Source: Bryobacterales bacterium (lineage in GTDB: Bacteria; Acidobacteriota; Terriglobia; Bryobacterales; UBA6623). Taken from it: DNA of 64,000 nt. Numbering within the stretch: position 1 is the stretch's first letter; each line of letters begins with the position of its first letter. The notes below the pieces were generated by a model. That model searched no databases and was not told the origin of the DNA. It saw nothing but the letters and a program-made list of their open reading frames with translations. The position numbers and the translations under genes were made by a program. This document shows positions 9,887 to 22,381 of this stretch, in pieces. The stretch lies in NCBI GenBank assembly GCA_963422375.2, contig OY729428.2, positions 96,001-160,000 of the forward strand. Reading direction: 5' to 3'.

Positions 9887-11454
9887 ATGACGCACAATGG
9901 TTGCGTGACGGACAGGCGCCGCTTCCTCGCCACCTGCGCGGCGGCCCCCGCCATCCGGCGCGCGCTCCAAGCCGCCCGGCCCCGTCCACCCGGGTTGCGC
10001 TTGGAGTTCCAAGCGTCCGCGCATCCTCCGGTGCCGCCACCCCTCCGCATCGATCCGCCGCCCCGGCTGCTGGTCGAATTCTCCGACACTTCCCGTGGCG
10101 CTGCCTGCAGCCTGGACCTGCGCGTGCTGCTGAACGGCGAGCCCTGCCGTCTTCCCCTCGCGATGTGGACAGGCAACGACCAGTTCCACTGGCACGCCCG
10201 GGAGGCGGCGAACCTTCCCGCCTACCGCGGATCGGTCACTTGGAGCGAGGGCCGCTGGACCCTGTCGGTCTCCGGGCGGACCGCCTTCGAGGCGCGGCCG
10301 GGCCCGCGTAGCGGCGGCGCCGCCGAGCTCGAGGAGCTGCCGCGAGCGACATTCGCCTACGCCCTCGAGCCGAACTGGGGTCTCGGCCCTCTGGGCCGCC
10401 GTCCGGTGGAGTTGTGGCTCCTCCGCGAGCGGGGCGGTGCCAGCCCGCTGGCGCTTGATCTCGCAGGGATCGCGGCAGAAGGGGACTTGGACGGCTGGCT
10501 GTCGAAGCTCGGGGCGTCGGGCCCCGTCTCGGCCACCGGCACGGGCCTGGCGGGCGACCCGGCAGCAACCTTCGCGCAGGATGTCGATCCGGCGGCGTTC
10601 GAGCCGTTCGCGCTCCGCAACTACCCCGAGGCATCCGGGGCGCTGGCCCTAGTCGACACGTCCCGCCTCCAGCCCGAAGAGATCGAAGCGTACCGCGAGC
10701 GGCCGGAGACACGCCTGTCCGACCTGCTGCTAGTTTCCGTGGACGCCACCGTGGACGCCGCCGCCGTCAAGGCCCTGCTCCCCCCGCCCTGCATCGCGCC
10801 CCGGACCGCTGTCGTGCGGGCGCTGGCCGTGCGGGGCCTGGAGAGTCCCGGCTTGGACGAAGCGTGGCTGCTCGCCCAGTGCTCCGTGGACGGCAGCCGC
10901 GCCTGGTACGCGGTTTCGCACGTTCGCGGTGCCGTCGCGGGCGCCGCTTTCGGCCGGGAGGTCCTAGGACGCCCGACCCGGCGCGGCTCAGTCACGACAG
11001 TGCTTGGAGCCAGCCAGTTCGCGGCGTCAGCCTGGCGCGGGGAGCAGGGCCTCTTCCACGCGGAAGGCTTCTACGGCGGGTTTTCGACAGGTACGTCCCT
11101 AGCCGAGATGCCGGTCGCGACCTTGCGGCAGCGGCCCGGACCGGCGGCGGGCCAGCGGCGCGGGGAGATCGTCCTGCAGCACTGGTACTTCCAAGGCTTG
11201 CGCAAGCCTGTCCGGCGCGAGAGCCTGAACCTGTCTTTTCCCGCGACGGGAAGCGGCGTCGCGCCGGACGCGTGGAACCGACTGGGGCCTGCGAAAGCGT
11301 ACTGGGCGGCCCTGTTCGACAGCGCCACCATGCAGCGCCTTCCCGGCGAGGCAGTGGCGCAGATTGAAGACGTGTCGCCGTACTACCGGGACCGCTGCGA
11401 CGGCCGCCTGCCGTGGGAGGCACCCTCTTCGAGCGGCAGCGGGCTCGCCTCGAG

Positions 11455-11458
<4 letters not shown>
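9887..11458 (+). CDS. Tat-signal protein with C-terminal acetoacetate-decarboxylase-like domain
   Basis: DRRRFLA signal. C-terminal half has an ADC-fold pattern (AVKALLPPP...EAWL...GREVLGRP). Confidence 0.55.
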
Positions 11459-12777
<1,319 letters not shown>

Positions 12778-12918
12778 AACACCCTCCGCGCCATCCCCGC
12801 TCCCAATGCCGGACGTTCAAGAATACCAAACCAGCCCGGCACCTACTGGCTGCGGGCTCGGCGCAAGCCCTCGCGGCCGCGAGGGCCTGGGGGTATACTC
12901 GGGCGGGGTAGCGCAACA

Positions 12919-14046
12919 ATGCCAGCAGACTCACTCACGCGTCGCGGCCTAATCCGGACCGTGACGGTTCTCCCGCTGACCGCCGCGGCTTCGAGCGCCG
13001 CCAATTCCGCGGTCACGGTCGGCATCATCGGACTCGGCGGCCGCGGGAGCAGCCACGCGCGCCATCTTTCGAACCTTCCCCAGGCAAGGCTAGTCTCGGT
13101 GGCGGAGGTTTCCGATGCATCCGTGGAACGCGCTCGCCAGAGGGTGTCGCTCGACGGCGTCAAGCTGCACAAGGATCTGAACGAGGTGCTGGCGAGCGAC
13201 GTCGACGCCGTCATCATCGCCACGCCGGTCTACATGCATCCGGACCACTTCGAGGCGGCCATCGAAGCAGGCAAGCACATCTACATCGAGAAACCGGCCG
13301 CGGCGGACCTCGCCGGAGCGAAGCGCGTCATGCGCCTGGCCGACGCGGCCCCGCGGAATCTCAACATCACGTTCGGCTACCAGCAGCGTCACGGGGACGT
13401 CTATCGCGCCGCGAAGAAACTCATCGACTCGGGCCGGATCGGCAAGATCAACCTGGTTCACTCGCATTTCCTCAAGAGCGGCATGACAGGGAACGAGCCC
13501 CTGCTGCCGACCCCTCGCAACGAGCGGGAACGGCTGGAGCAGTGGAAGCTCTGGCGCTCGACCTACGGGGAGATCATCACCGAGACGTTCTGCCACAACA
13601 TCGACGCAATGAACTGGTTTGTCGGGGCGCATCCCGTCAAGGCCATCGGCACCGGCGGCCGGTCGGTGATGAAGGTGGGGGATCTGCTTGACCACCTTAA
13701 CGTCACGTTCGACTACCCGGGCAACGTCCAAGGCAACCTCGTGGGGTCCTACCTGTCGCCTTCGTTCTACCGCGAGGTCTACGAGCGGTACTTCTGCCAG
13801 GACGGAGTGGTCGAGACGGCGCGGGGCTACTGGAAGCACTTTCGCGGTCGCAACGACGTCGTGGCGGAGCGCTCGCCCCACGACATCACCATCGACGCGC
13901 TGGAGGAGTTCTTCGGCCGCATCCTCGAGGACAGGCCCGCGAACACCGGCGTGCGCGGTGCGGAGAGCACGCTGACGGCGCTGCTCGGCCAGATGGCGAT
14001 CGACCTCAGGACAGAAGTGACGTGGGAGGAAATGATGGCGAGCTAG
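12919..14046 (+). CDS. Gfo/Idh/MocA-family oxidoreductase (Tat-like N-terminus)
   Basis: TRRGLI, GIIGLGGRG, DAVIIATP, GKHIYIEKP, CHNID. Confidence 0.9.
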   Translation: MPADSLTRRGLIRTVTVLPLTAAASSAANSAVTVGIIGLGGRGSSHARHLSNLPQARLVSVAEVSDASVERARQRVSLDGVKLHKDLNEVLASDVDAVIIATPVYMHPDHFEAAIEAGKHIYIEKPAAADLAGAKRVMRLADAAPRNLNITFGYQQRHGDVYRAAKKLIDSGRIGKINLVHSHFLKSGMTGNEPLLPTPRNERERLEQWKLWRSTYGEIITETFCHNIDAMNWFVGAHPVKAIGTGGRSVMKVGDLLDHLNVTFDYPGNVQGNLVGSYLSPSFYREVYERYFCQDGVVETARGYWKHFRGRNDVVAERSPHDITIDALEEFFGRILEDRPANTGVRGAESTLTALLGQMAIDLRTEVTWEEMMAS

Positions 14047-14224
14047 CGGGGCGTCCGAATCCGAGACGCGGACCACCATTGGTCGGCAGCGGGCGGGCCG
14101 CGAGCGAGTCCGCGGCCACGGCAGGGCGAGATTCGGACATGTCGTGGTCGTGTCACCGCGAGGGCCGCTGGGTTGGCGAGCCGAGTAGCAGGTCGGCAGC
14201 GCTGAGCGGGATCGACTTGAGGTG

Positions 14225-15885
14225 CAGCGATTCTCAATTTGGGCATTTGGGGATTTCCAGAGTGTCTGAGAAAGGTGTCGAAGGCAGTCTGGCACTTGAC
14301 TTTTGCTTGCGGAATTTGTGAGCTAGGGTGTATGCCCCATGTCCTGGACTCACTGCCGAGCGCCTTCCGCGAGACGGCCGCCGGCCGGCCCGACCGGCGC
14401 GACGGTCGCAGCAACAAGCGCTACGAGGTCAGCGACGCCGCCGGTTGCGCCCCGGCCTGCTTCTTCACCCGGTGCGAGTCGTTCCTCGCGTTCCAGCGGC
14501 GCATGGAGCGGGACGGCTCCCGCTCCAACTGCCGGACCCTGTGCGGCGTGGGCCGCATCCCCTGCGACAGCCGGATCCGCAACTTGCTCGACGACCTCGA
14601 CCCGGCCGCGTTCGACCCGCTGTTCCGGCCGTGCCTCGCAACCGTGGCCGCGCAGGGCGCGCTCGCGCCCTTCCAGCGCCTCGACGAGCGCCTGCCGGCG
14701 GCTCCGGACGGCGTCCGGTTCCACCGCTCCGACAAGGTGCATGGCCCGCAGTGCTCGGTGCGGCGCGTCGGCAGCGAGCGCCGACCGCATCACTTCCACG
14801 CCATGGTCGCGGCCACCGCGGTAGCCGACGGCCACGCCACCGTCCTGCCGCTGATGCCCGAGTTCGCGTGCCCGCAGCAGGACGCGGCCGCGACCCGCGC
14901 CGACATGAGCGAGGACGAGCGCAAGCGGGACTGCGAGCGCAACGCCGCCAAGCGCTGGCTCGCCGCTCGCGGCGCCTGGCTGCAGGCCTGCCGCCCCGTC
15001 CTGCCGGGCGACGACCTGCTACTGCTGCCAGCCGGTCTGCGAGACCGCCGCGGCGGCCGGCATGGACTACATCCGGGTATGCAAGCCCGCATCCCACAAG
15101 CACTTGTACGAGGTGCCGGAGAGCCGGCGGGCGAGCGGCGCGGGAAGGGCAAGCGGTCCGAGCGGCACCGTTTTCGCCGGACGGCCGCGGTGCCCCTGCG
15201 CCAGGGCCGCGACGCCCTGCCGGGCACTTGGCTCGAGTACGCCGTGGAGCGCGACGGCAAGCGCACCTGCGCCAGCAGCTTCTTCGCCGGTCTCGCGGTC
15301 ACCGCGGACAACGCGGAGCGGATCGCGCGGGCCGGCCGGGCGCGCTGGAAGATCGAGAACGAGGGCTTCAAACGAGGGCTTCAACTGCCTGGCGCGGCAC
15401 GGCCGCAACTTCAAGCGCAACTTCGGGCACGGCAAGGAAGGGCTGGCCAACGTGCTGGCCGTGCTGAACCTGTTCGCCTTCGCGCTCCACGCCGTGGTGC
15501 AGTGCGTCTGTGCGCTGTGGCAGCAGTGCCGGCGCCAGCCGGTCACGCGCCGCGCCCTGTTGCAGGAGCTGCAGGTCGCGCTGCGCTGGTTCCGCTTCCC
15601 GGACCGGCCGACGCTGCTGGCGGCGGTGCGCGACGGACGCGCGCCTCCGGGCTGCCAGGCGGCCGGGCAGCCGGGGCCTGGACTCCGCGCAGTTTCGTGC
15701 CGGCAGCGTCCTGCCGCGGGCTCGGCACTCCGCGGACCCGCGACGCGGGCCGCACCACGGCCCTGCCCGCCGTCCGACGCTCCCGCGGGGCGGCCTCGGG
15801 AGCGCAACCTCTCGGTCAACTGATTCACCTCATCCTCCGAAACAACCTTCACGCACCCCCTTGACGGCCAAATTTAGAACCGCTG
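14225..15885 (+). mobile_element. ISNCY-like transposase element, frameshifted
   Basis: Imperfect IRs CAGCGATTCTCAATTTGG / CAGCGGTTCTAAATTTGG. Transposase from about 14332 (PDRR...YEVSDA, KRDCERNAAKRWL, GRARWKIENEGF) with frameshifts near 15020 and 15370. No TSD seen. Confidence 0.75.
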
Positions 15886-18715
15886 GCGGTTGGCACGACC
15901 GTCCCCCTCCTCGTCGAGCCAGAACGGCTCGCCGACCCTATATGGGTCCTCGTCCTGCTGCGCCGGCGGTCGTCGGTCGATCAAGCCGAAGCGGCGCACG
16001 GGACAGGCCAGATGTCGGGCCGCATTCGCGAGATCCTCGGCGGCAAGGCCCATGAGCGTGGTGCCGCCGGTGACGTTCACGAGCACGTTGTCCGCGCCGA
16101 TGAACTGCTCCCGCGCCTTCTTGGTCAGACGCTCTATCTCGGGGCGGCCGCCGCCGAAGGGGTCTTCGAGGGCGAGAGTCTGGACCGCGCCGGCGAACTC
16201 GGCACGGTTGATCGCGTCGACGATCAGTCCTTTCGTGTCATCGGAGCAGAGGACCAGACAGGTGTCCGGTTCGACGTCTGCATCCCGGCACGCATGCAGG
16301 GCGCTGAACAGCACGCCCGGACGCATACCGATCGGGCTGACCAGCACCTGCCGACCCGTGGCCTCCCCGAGGGAGAGGCTGAAACACGGACACGAACGCA
16401 GGGTTTTGCACCAGTACGTTTGGATTTCGCAGAGCCGTGACCGAGTTTGACTGTCGCCAACGAGAGGCTGGGGCCTCATGCCGTGGTGATGGAATGCATT
16501 GCGGAGGTCGGTGAGGTGTCTCCAAAAGACACCGAGCGCGCGTTGCTTATCCGTCAGGATCCGGTCAAGCTCAGGGTCATCCCTGATGGCCCTGATTGCG
16601 CCAAGTGTTTCCGCCGCCTTGCGGCGCACGTTCTGATAGTCGAGCCAGTCATGCTTTCCCGGATCGCGTCGGAGTACTGCCCAGGACACCGTCCACTCGT
16701 TCATCAGCCCGAGCGCGGTGGCGGCGTGGCCGTGCTCCAGCAAGGAGTCGATCACCCTCGCTTGACGCTTCATTTCCGTTCCTGATTACCAACGAACATC
16801 AGCCGAGGATATGCTATACTGGAGGAGGTCGGAAACCTCTGACAGGAAAGGGGATAGCTGATGAAACGCAATCGCGTGCAATTCCAGAAGGGACTCAGCC
16901 TGGGCAAGTTCCTGCAGCGCTACGGCAGCGAGGGGCAATGCGAGCAGGCCGTCTTCAAGGCCCGCTGGCCGGACGGCTTCCGCTGCCCGGAGTGCGGCTC
17001 CCGGCGGCACTGCCGCATCCGCTCCCGCAAGCTCTGGCAGTGCCATGCCTGCCACCGCCGGACCTCCCTCGTCGCCGGCACGATCTTCGCCGCCACCCAG
17101 CTGCCGCTGACCGTCCGGTTCCTGGCGCTCCTCCTGCTGACGCAGGGCAAGCACGGCGTTTCGTCGCTGGAACTGGCGCGGCAGCCGGGGGTCAGCCGGA
17201 ACACGGCCTGGAAGATGAAGCACAAGCTCTTGCAAGTGATGAAGGAGCGCGACGAGCGCGTGCCGCCGGGCGGCATCGTGCAGGTGGACGACGCCTACTG
17301 GGGCCTGCTGGGGCGGGGAGCGGAGCGGCGGCCAGCGCGGGCGCGGCGCGGCGGGCAAGACGCCGTTCGTCGCCGCCGTGCAGGTCACCGCCGCCGGCCA
17401 GCCGGCAAGGATGCGCCTGAGCAGCGTGGCGGGCTTCCGCAAGAAGACGCTGGCAGCGTGGGCCGGGCGGCACTTGCAGCCCGGCACGAAGGTGCATTCC
17501 GACGGCCCGGCCTGCTTCCGGGGCGTGGCCGACGCCGGCTGCGAGCACGTGCCGACCGTCACCGCAGGCGGGCAGCGGAGCTGCGCGGATTCCCGCTTCG
17601 TCCGGGTCAACACGATGCTGGGGAACGTCAAGCAGTCCCTGGCGGGAACCTGCCATGCGCTCGACGGCAAGCACCTGCCGCGGTACCTCGCCGAGTTCCG
17701 CTACCGCTTCAACCGCCGCTACGATCCGGAGGCGCTGGTCCCCCGCCTGCTCCACGCCTCCGTGCGCACCCCGCCCATGCCTTACCGCCTCCTAACCTTG
17801 GCTGAGTCTTGTGGGTAATCAGGTTTCCGTTTCGGACAGGCCAACGCGCCGCTTCCATCCGTTACTCGAAGGCAGCTCGGCCAGCGCGAAGTTCGCAAGG
17901 ATCCCGTCGAGCCGCCCGATCAGATCGCTGGCCAGCGGCAGACGATGGTTGTCCTCGAAGAGCCCCTTCAATGGCTTGAGCTTCTGCTCGCGGAAGAGGC
18001 GCGACTGTCGGCCGAGTTCCAACGGCAACCCCGACAGATAGCTCTCGGAGATGTGCGACAGCCCCGCCACGATCTGCCGCCTCGCCTGCGGTGCCCTTCC
18101 GCCCTCGTCGATGTGTGGTTTGCTCTGGATCGCTTCCGCCATCGGCAGTGCGCTGCCGGTGTCGCGAAGCACTTCCAGCGCGTGCGTCCAGCGAGGCAGC
18201 TCGAGGAGCGGTCGCAGGTCGAGGAATGGACTGGTACCGTCGGGGCCTTGGCCAAGCAGACCGTAGTACGCTCCCCGCACCCGCGCGCCGCGCAGGGCCG
18301 CGAGGTACTGGACCGCAACATAGGTCAGAAAGGAGTAGTGGCGGAACCCGTGCGTCACGTCCACGGTCAGTTCGGCGTTCGCCGGAATGGCATCAGCGAC
18401 TTTCTGCAGAAAGTCGTCGATGTCGGCTTGGTCGCTACCAGACGGGACGTCGATCCGTTCCGATTCGCACTCTTTGTTGCGATGGTCGAGTTCCTCGACG
18501 AGGATTGGCCAAGTCGCTACGGCTGCCTCGGGGGTGCAGATGGCAACGAGGCGTTCGGGCCTGCTTGCTTCCGGCAGCAACTCAATCAGGGCGACTGGCG
18601 CAAGTGTCGCCAGGAACCGCCGGTGTTCCAATGCGTATATGGTGCGGACCTTGCGTTTCCCGAGCACTGTCAGAAGAACATGCCCGCGACCCGTGCTGTC
18701 AGGATGCGTCGTCAT
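15874..18715 (-). pseudogene. CARF-HEPN-CARF protein (Csx1/TM1812-like), split by IS1595
   Basis: N-CARF VLLTVLG...VDVTHGFRH, HEPN R-X4-H (RNAFHH, 16503-16486), C-CARF VLVSPIG.RPG...VNVTGGT. Removing the IS and one TSD restores a 596-aa frame (LSETE|MKRQ). ATG overlaps the csb2 stop. Confidence 0.85.
16781..17823 (+). mobile_element. IS1595-family element (type B), frameshifted transposase
   Basis: IRs CCTGATTACC, 8-bp TSD TTTCCGTT (16773-16780 / 17824-17831). Transposase 16861..17818 with CPECG, VQVDDAY, YLAEFRYRFNRR. Frameshift near 17305. Confidence 0.93.
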
Positions 18716-21072
18716 CAGCGATCCATCGGTCGGCACAGCCCGTAGCCCCGAAACCGTCCGGCTCCGACCAGCACCGGCCCGGTAACCGGCAGATCGAAAA
18801 CGATCACCGCGTGGGCATGACTCTGCCGCCCGCCGTCGCGCTTGCGCATGAGCCGGGGGAAATCCCGTGCATGGGGAACGCCTTCGGCCAAGGACACCGG
18901 GTGCAACAGCACCTCGCGTGGGCGCGGGAGCCCGATGTGTTTGCACGCGTCCTTGACGCTCTCGGCCGCACGTTCCCAACGATCGCCCCCGTCGAAGTGC
19001 CGGTTCAGCACCACCGGAGTCACGCTCACCCAAGTGCGCGAGGCTGCGGTCCAGGTGCGCGGAGCGAGGTTGACCGGTGGGCGCTCGCGGATGTCGAGCG
19101 CTGCCGTGCACTCGAGCCACTCCCCGTCGAACAGGCGGTGTTCGCGGGGGAGACCAGTGTCAATGGCATGCAGAATGGGCCCGAGGACACGACCCGCTTC
19201 GCCGGGCGCCAGCGCGCGCGGCAGGCTCATGGCCATGCCAAGGATCCTGCCGTCCGCATGGGGTGCGCCGACGAACGGCAGCGGTGCCAGCGCCAAATGC
19301 GGCTCGGTCGTGGCTCGTCCGTCAGCATCATGGCCGCTAAACCACTCGGGGGGTGGCTGCACCGCGCATTCGCGCATCAGCAGGCCGCGCAGGGCCGCCG
19401 TCAGCTTGAGCGTCGCCGGCAGGGAGGCGCGACTGCCGGTGATGGCGAAGACGACGATGCGCGGGTCGAAGATCGACCGGGGCTCGACTTCCGGCAGAGG
19501 CTCTTGCGGACGTGCATAGCCCTGCCACTTCCTGGGAACCGGCCGCATGGGTGCGCGAGGCGTGCCGTCCGGGAATCGTTCCTCAAGCCGCGCCGTCAGG
19601 TCCTTGATGCGTCGTCTCTGCTCGCGAGGACTTCTTGCGTGACTTTGGCAGCCTCCTTGGCGGACAGCCGCAGCAAGCCGATCTCGTATGGTGTCAACAT
19701 CCGGGGAGCGGGTGAGGTACCGAGCCTCCGATTGAGTAAGGCAATCGAAGGCGTGGCCGAACTGCTCGCTCCACCTGTTTTCGAGTTCCGGGCCGTGCTT
19801 TTCTCTGAGTTCATGGATTTGCTCCTGTGTCGGGTTCAATTTCGCGGAATAGGGCTTTCCCGTCAAACCGATCGCGCCAATTACCGTACCACCCTTACTC
19901 TCAACCCAACCGCGCAGATTCGCCAGCGTGCGGCCCTGCCCGATGAAGTCGTCCACCAGCAGGCACTCGCGGCCCGACAGCACCTTGCCATCGAATGCAG
20001 CTTGCCGGCCCAGCCGACCGTAGCCATCGGCGCCGGTGTGGCCAACAATGTTCGTCTGGACGATGTCGGTATCGAACGGAATCGCGAAACGCTCGCTGAT
20101 CAGTTGGGCCAGCGCGGCCGGGATCGCATTGAATCCCTCGCGTTCGTAGGCATGCGCGCTGACGAGTAACGGCTGGCCGCCCTCCCTCCCGTCGAACAGC
20201 AAGCGAACCTTGGCCAGACCCGCCTCGTCTACCAACGCGTCAACGAGCCGGGCGGCGGCGGCGGCGGAACCCGACTTCGCGGCTGCGTATTCAGAATGAG
20301 CCTTGGTTTCTCGCTCGGGAGCCAAAAGAACGGCATCGGGGAAGTCTCTCCAAGGCACTCTTGGCGGTTGCTTCATTGCTTTCAACGCGGTTTTCGCCCG
20401 ATCAATCTCGTCGCTCAGGTCATGGTAAGCAATCCAGGAGTCGCGATTGGCCAACTCCGCGAGGCGAACGAGGCGGTTGGCGGAGGGCACGCGCAGGCGC
20501 AGGTCCGCGAGGCCTTCCGTCGGCACCCAGGTCGCCGGGATGTCCGAGCCGTTGTGGATCCACGCCTGCACGAAGGATGCGGGGTGACCGACATGCGTGA
20601 CTTTGGTCGCCAGGTTCATTAGGGCATTGCCATGCCCGTCCAGTGCTTCCGGCCAGATGAGATGCGCGGTGGGATCATGGGGGATGGCCACCGGAAACCG
20701 GCGCCCCCGGTGTCCTGGCAACAGGGCTAGTCCGGCTTTCTGGAGCTTGTCGTGTTTCTTCTTGAAGCCCTTCAGCTTGGAGAGATCCAGGAGCTTAGCT
20801 GAGCGGCGCCTTTGAGCATCGTTGACGGGCACGTAGCTGACGACGGAAGTGCGTTGGCAGGCGTCGGAAGCTGCGATTGCGGGCGGGTCGAGCCGCTCCA
20901 GCCAACGCAGGGCAGCACCTTCATCCGTGTCTTCGCCGGTCTCGAACCATGCCGCCGCCAAGGCCATGAATACCCGGTCCGGGTGCGGCTGCCACTCAGC
21001 TTGCGTCTTTCGCGCGCCATCGGCGGCAGCCATCGACCATCCGTTCAGGTAGCGGACACCGAGGACGAACAT
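18715..21072 (-). CDS. csb2: Type I-G Cas5/Cas6 fusion Csb2 with an inserted phosphoribosyltransferase domain (785 aa)
   Basis: N-terminal EWQPHPDRVFMALAAA, ALRWLERL, SYVPVND. C-terminal WFSGH, W.SVTPVVL and Cas6 Gly-loop GAGRFRGYGLC. Internal PRPP-loop LLVDDFIGQGRTL. Confidence 0.9.
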   Translation of the reverse strand: MFVLGVRYLNGWSMAAADGARKTQAEWQPHPDRVFMALAAAWFETGEDTDEGAALRWLERLDPPAIAASDACQRTSVVSYVPVNDAQRRRSAKLLDLSKLKGFKKKHDKLQKAGLALLPGHRGRRFPVAIPHDPTAHLIWPEALDGHGNALMNLATKVTHVGHPASFVQAWIHNGSDIPATWVPTEGLADLRLRVPSANRLVRLAELANRDSWIAYHDLSDEIDRAKTALKAMKQPPRVPWRDFPDAVLLAPERETKAHSEYAAAKSGSAAAAARLVDALVDEAGLAKVRLLFDGREGGQPLLVSAHAYEREGFNAIPAALAQLISERFAIPFDTDIVQTNIVGHTGADGYGRLGRQAAFDGKVLSGRECLLVDDFIGQGRTLANLRGWVESKGGTVIGAIGLTGKPYSAKLNPTQEQIHELREKHGPELENRWSEQFGHAFDCLTQSEARYLTRSPDVDTIRDRLAAAVRQGGCQSHARSPREQRRRIKDLTARLEERFPDGTPRAPMRPVPRKWQGYARPQEPLPEVEPRSIFDPRIVVFAITGSRASLPATLKLTAALRGLLMRECAVQPPPEWFSGHDADGRATTEPHLALAPLPFVGAPHADGRILGMAMSLPRALAPGEAGRVLGPILHAIDTGLPREHRLFDGEWLECTAALDIRERPPVNLAPRTWTAASRTWVSVTPVVLNRHFDGGDRWERAAESVKDACKHIGLPRPREVLLHPVSLAEGVPHARDFPRLMRKRDGGRQSHAHAVIVFDLPVTGPVLVGAGRFRGYGLCRPMDR

Positions 21073-22364
21073 CAACCCGCCTCCGCTCCGCCTCCGCTCG
21101 CCAGATTCTGGCTGCGCCGCACGAGTTGAACCAGTTCCGGGGAGGGGGAAAGTTCGATGACGCCTTCCCAAGGCAATCCGGCCTTCCTTGCCGCCTGGAT
21201 CGCTGCGGTCAACATGTCCAGCGCGGTATCCGCATCAAGCGCGAACTCCGCCGGTGCTTCTCCCGGCCGGTCGAGAAGCTGCCAGGCCGACGGTCCTTCC
21301 GCGAACAGGTGGCAACGAGAGCGAAGGTCCACATCCTCGCGGGCCAGCGTCCCTGCCGTGAGTCCCAATGCAGCGAGCACGGTGCGGGCGGCGATGTCTA
21401 CCTCGGAGTTTGCGGCACCATCAAGCGGGAATCGCAGACGTCGCAACACAGCGAGCGACAGCGTGGATGTCTGGACGGCTCGCGATATGGTGAACCCACC
21501 GCGAATGCGAGGTCGAACCTTTACCTCCTGGCCACGTTCGTCGATTCTGGTCTCGTATTGGATAAGATTCCTATTGTCTAGCACATACGCAATATCCGGC
21601 GTAACGTTGCCGTGATTCGCCTCCGATGGTCGGCCGGTAGGCCTGTTCCCGCTGCCCAACCTTGAAGCGCTTTCTTCCAGCGTCCAATGTGAAGCGTCCT
21701 GCCGTGCAGGCTCCCGCCTGTACAACTTACCAGCCCCGAGCATGATTTGCGCCGGGTCGATGCGACTCGACGTGTTCACTCCCGGCACTGCGTCGTATCC
21801 GACGATCTCCGACACCAGTGCGCGCTGGAACTTGGCACCTAGGCCGCCACGCGGTCCGGCCGAGTCCCACAAGCCGAACACTAGGGCGGTGGGGCACAGG
21901 CCGAATAACCCGGTAGCGTTGCGGATGTCGGCCGTGTCGAGCACACGGCCGGTATCCGAGTAGCGAAACATCACGCCGTCGAGCAGGCTGTCGCGGAACA
22001 AGGCGTCCGCAATGCGGTGCGGCGCCTCCAGGCTGTTCACCGCGAACTTCTTGGGGAGTTCCTCATCATCGAAGCGTGTCACTAGGAAGGTGAGAGCTAC
22101 CCGGTTCGAGCGGTGCGCTTCGAGCAACGCCAATTCCATCCGGTTGGCCTGTGACTGCACTGAGTCGAGCAGGACGCACTGGCGCACCTCGCCCGTCTTC
22201 GGATCGACTCGTTCCTCCGTGGCGTACTTACCGCCTCCATAGGTCGGCGGAAACACCTTGTCGCCGGGTCCGCCGACCGGCTGATAGCCGGTTACGCATC
22301 GGAACGCCGCCGCCGTGCCGGCCACGGCATCCCGCAAGGTCGTCAGGTCGAGTTCGGTTGTCAT
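21072..22364 (-). CDS. cas7: Type I-G Cas7 (Csb1)
   Basis: KVFPPTY, LLDSVQSQANRME, APHRIADA.FRDS, PTALVFG.WDS, LRSRC. Strong RBS GAAGGAG. Confidence 0.93.
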   Translation of the reverse strand: MTTELDLTTLRDAVAGTAAAFRCVTGYQPVGGPGDKVFPPTYGGGKYATEERVDPKTGEVRQCVLLDSVQSQANRMELALLEAHRSNRVALTFLVTRFDDEELPKKFAVNSLEAPHRIADALFRDSLLDGVMFRYSDTGRVLDTADIRNATGLFGLCPTALVFGLWDSAGPRGGLGAKFQRALVSEIVGYDAVPGVNTSSRIDPAQIMLGAGKLYRREPARQDASHWTLEESASRLGSGNRPTGRPSEANHGNVTPDIAYVLDNRNLIQYETRIDERGQEVKVRPRIRGGFTISRAVQTSTLSLAVLRRLRFPLDGAANSEVDIAARTVLAALGLTAGTLAREDVDLRSRCHLFAEGPSAWQLLDRPGEAPAEFALDADTALDMLTAAIQAARKAGLPWEGVIELSPSPELVQLVRRSQNLASGGGAEAG

Positions 22365-22381
22365 GTTGTCTCCTTCTTCGG

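Noticed and set aside
14047..14224. Possible leftover CRISPR repeats beyond the cas operon
   Set aside because: No direct repeats with regular spacing. Only a short inverted repeat (GTCCGAATC/GATTCGGAC) is present.
19665..20358. PRTase insert as an intein or IS
   Set aside because: No C/S...HN splice motifs, terminal inverted repeats or target duplication were seen.
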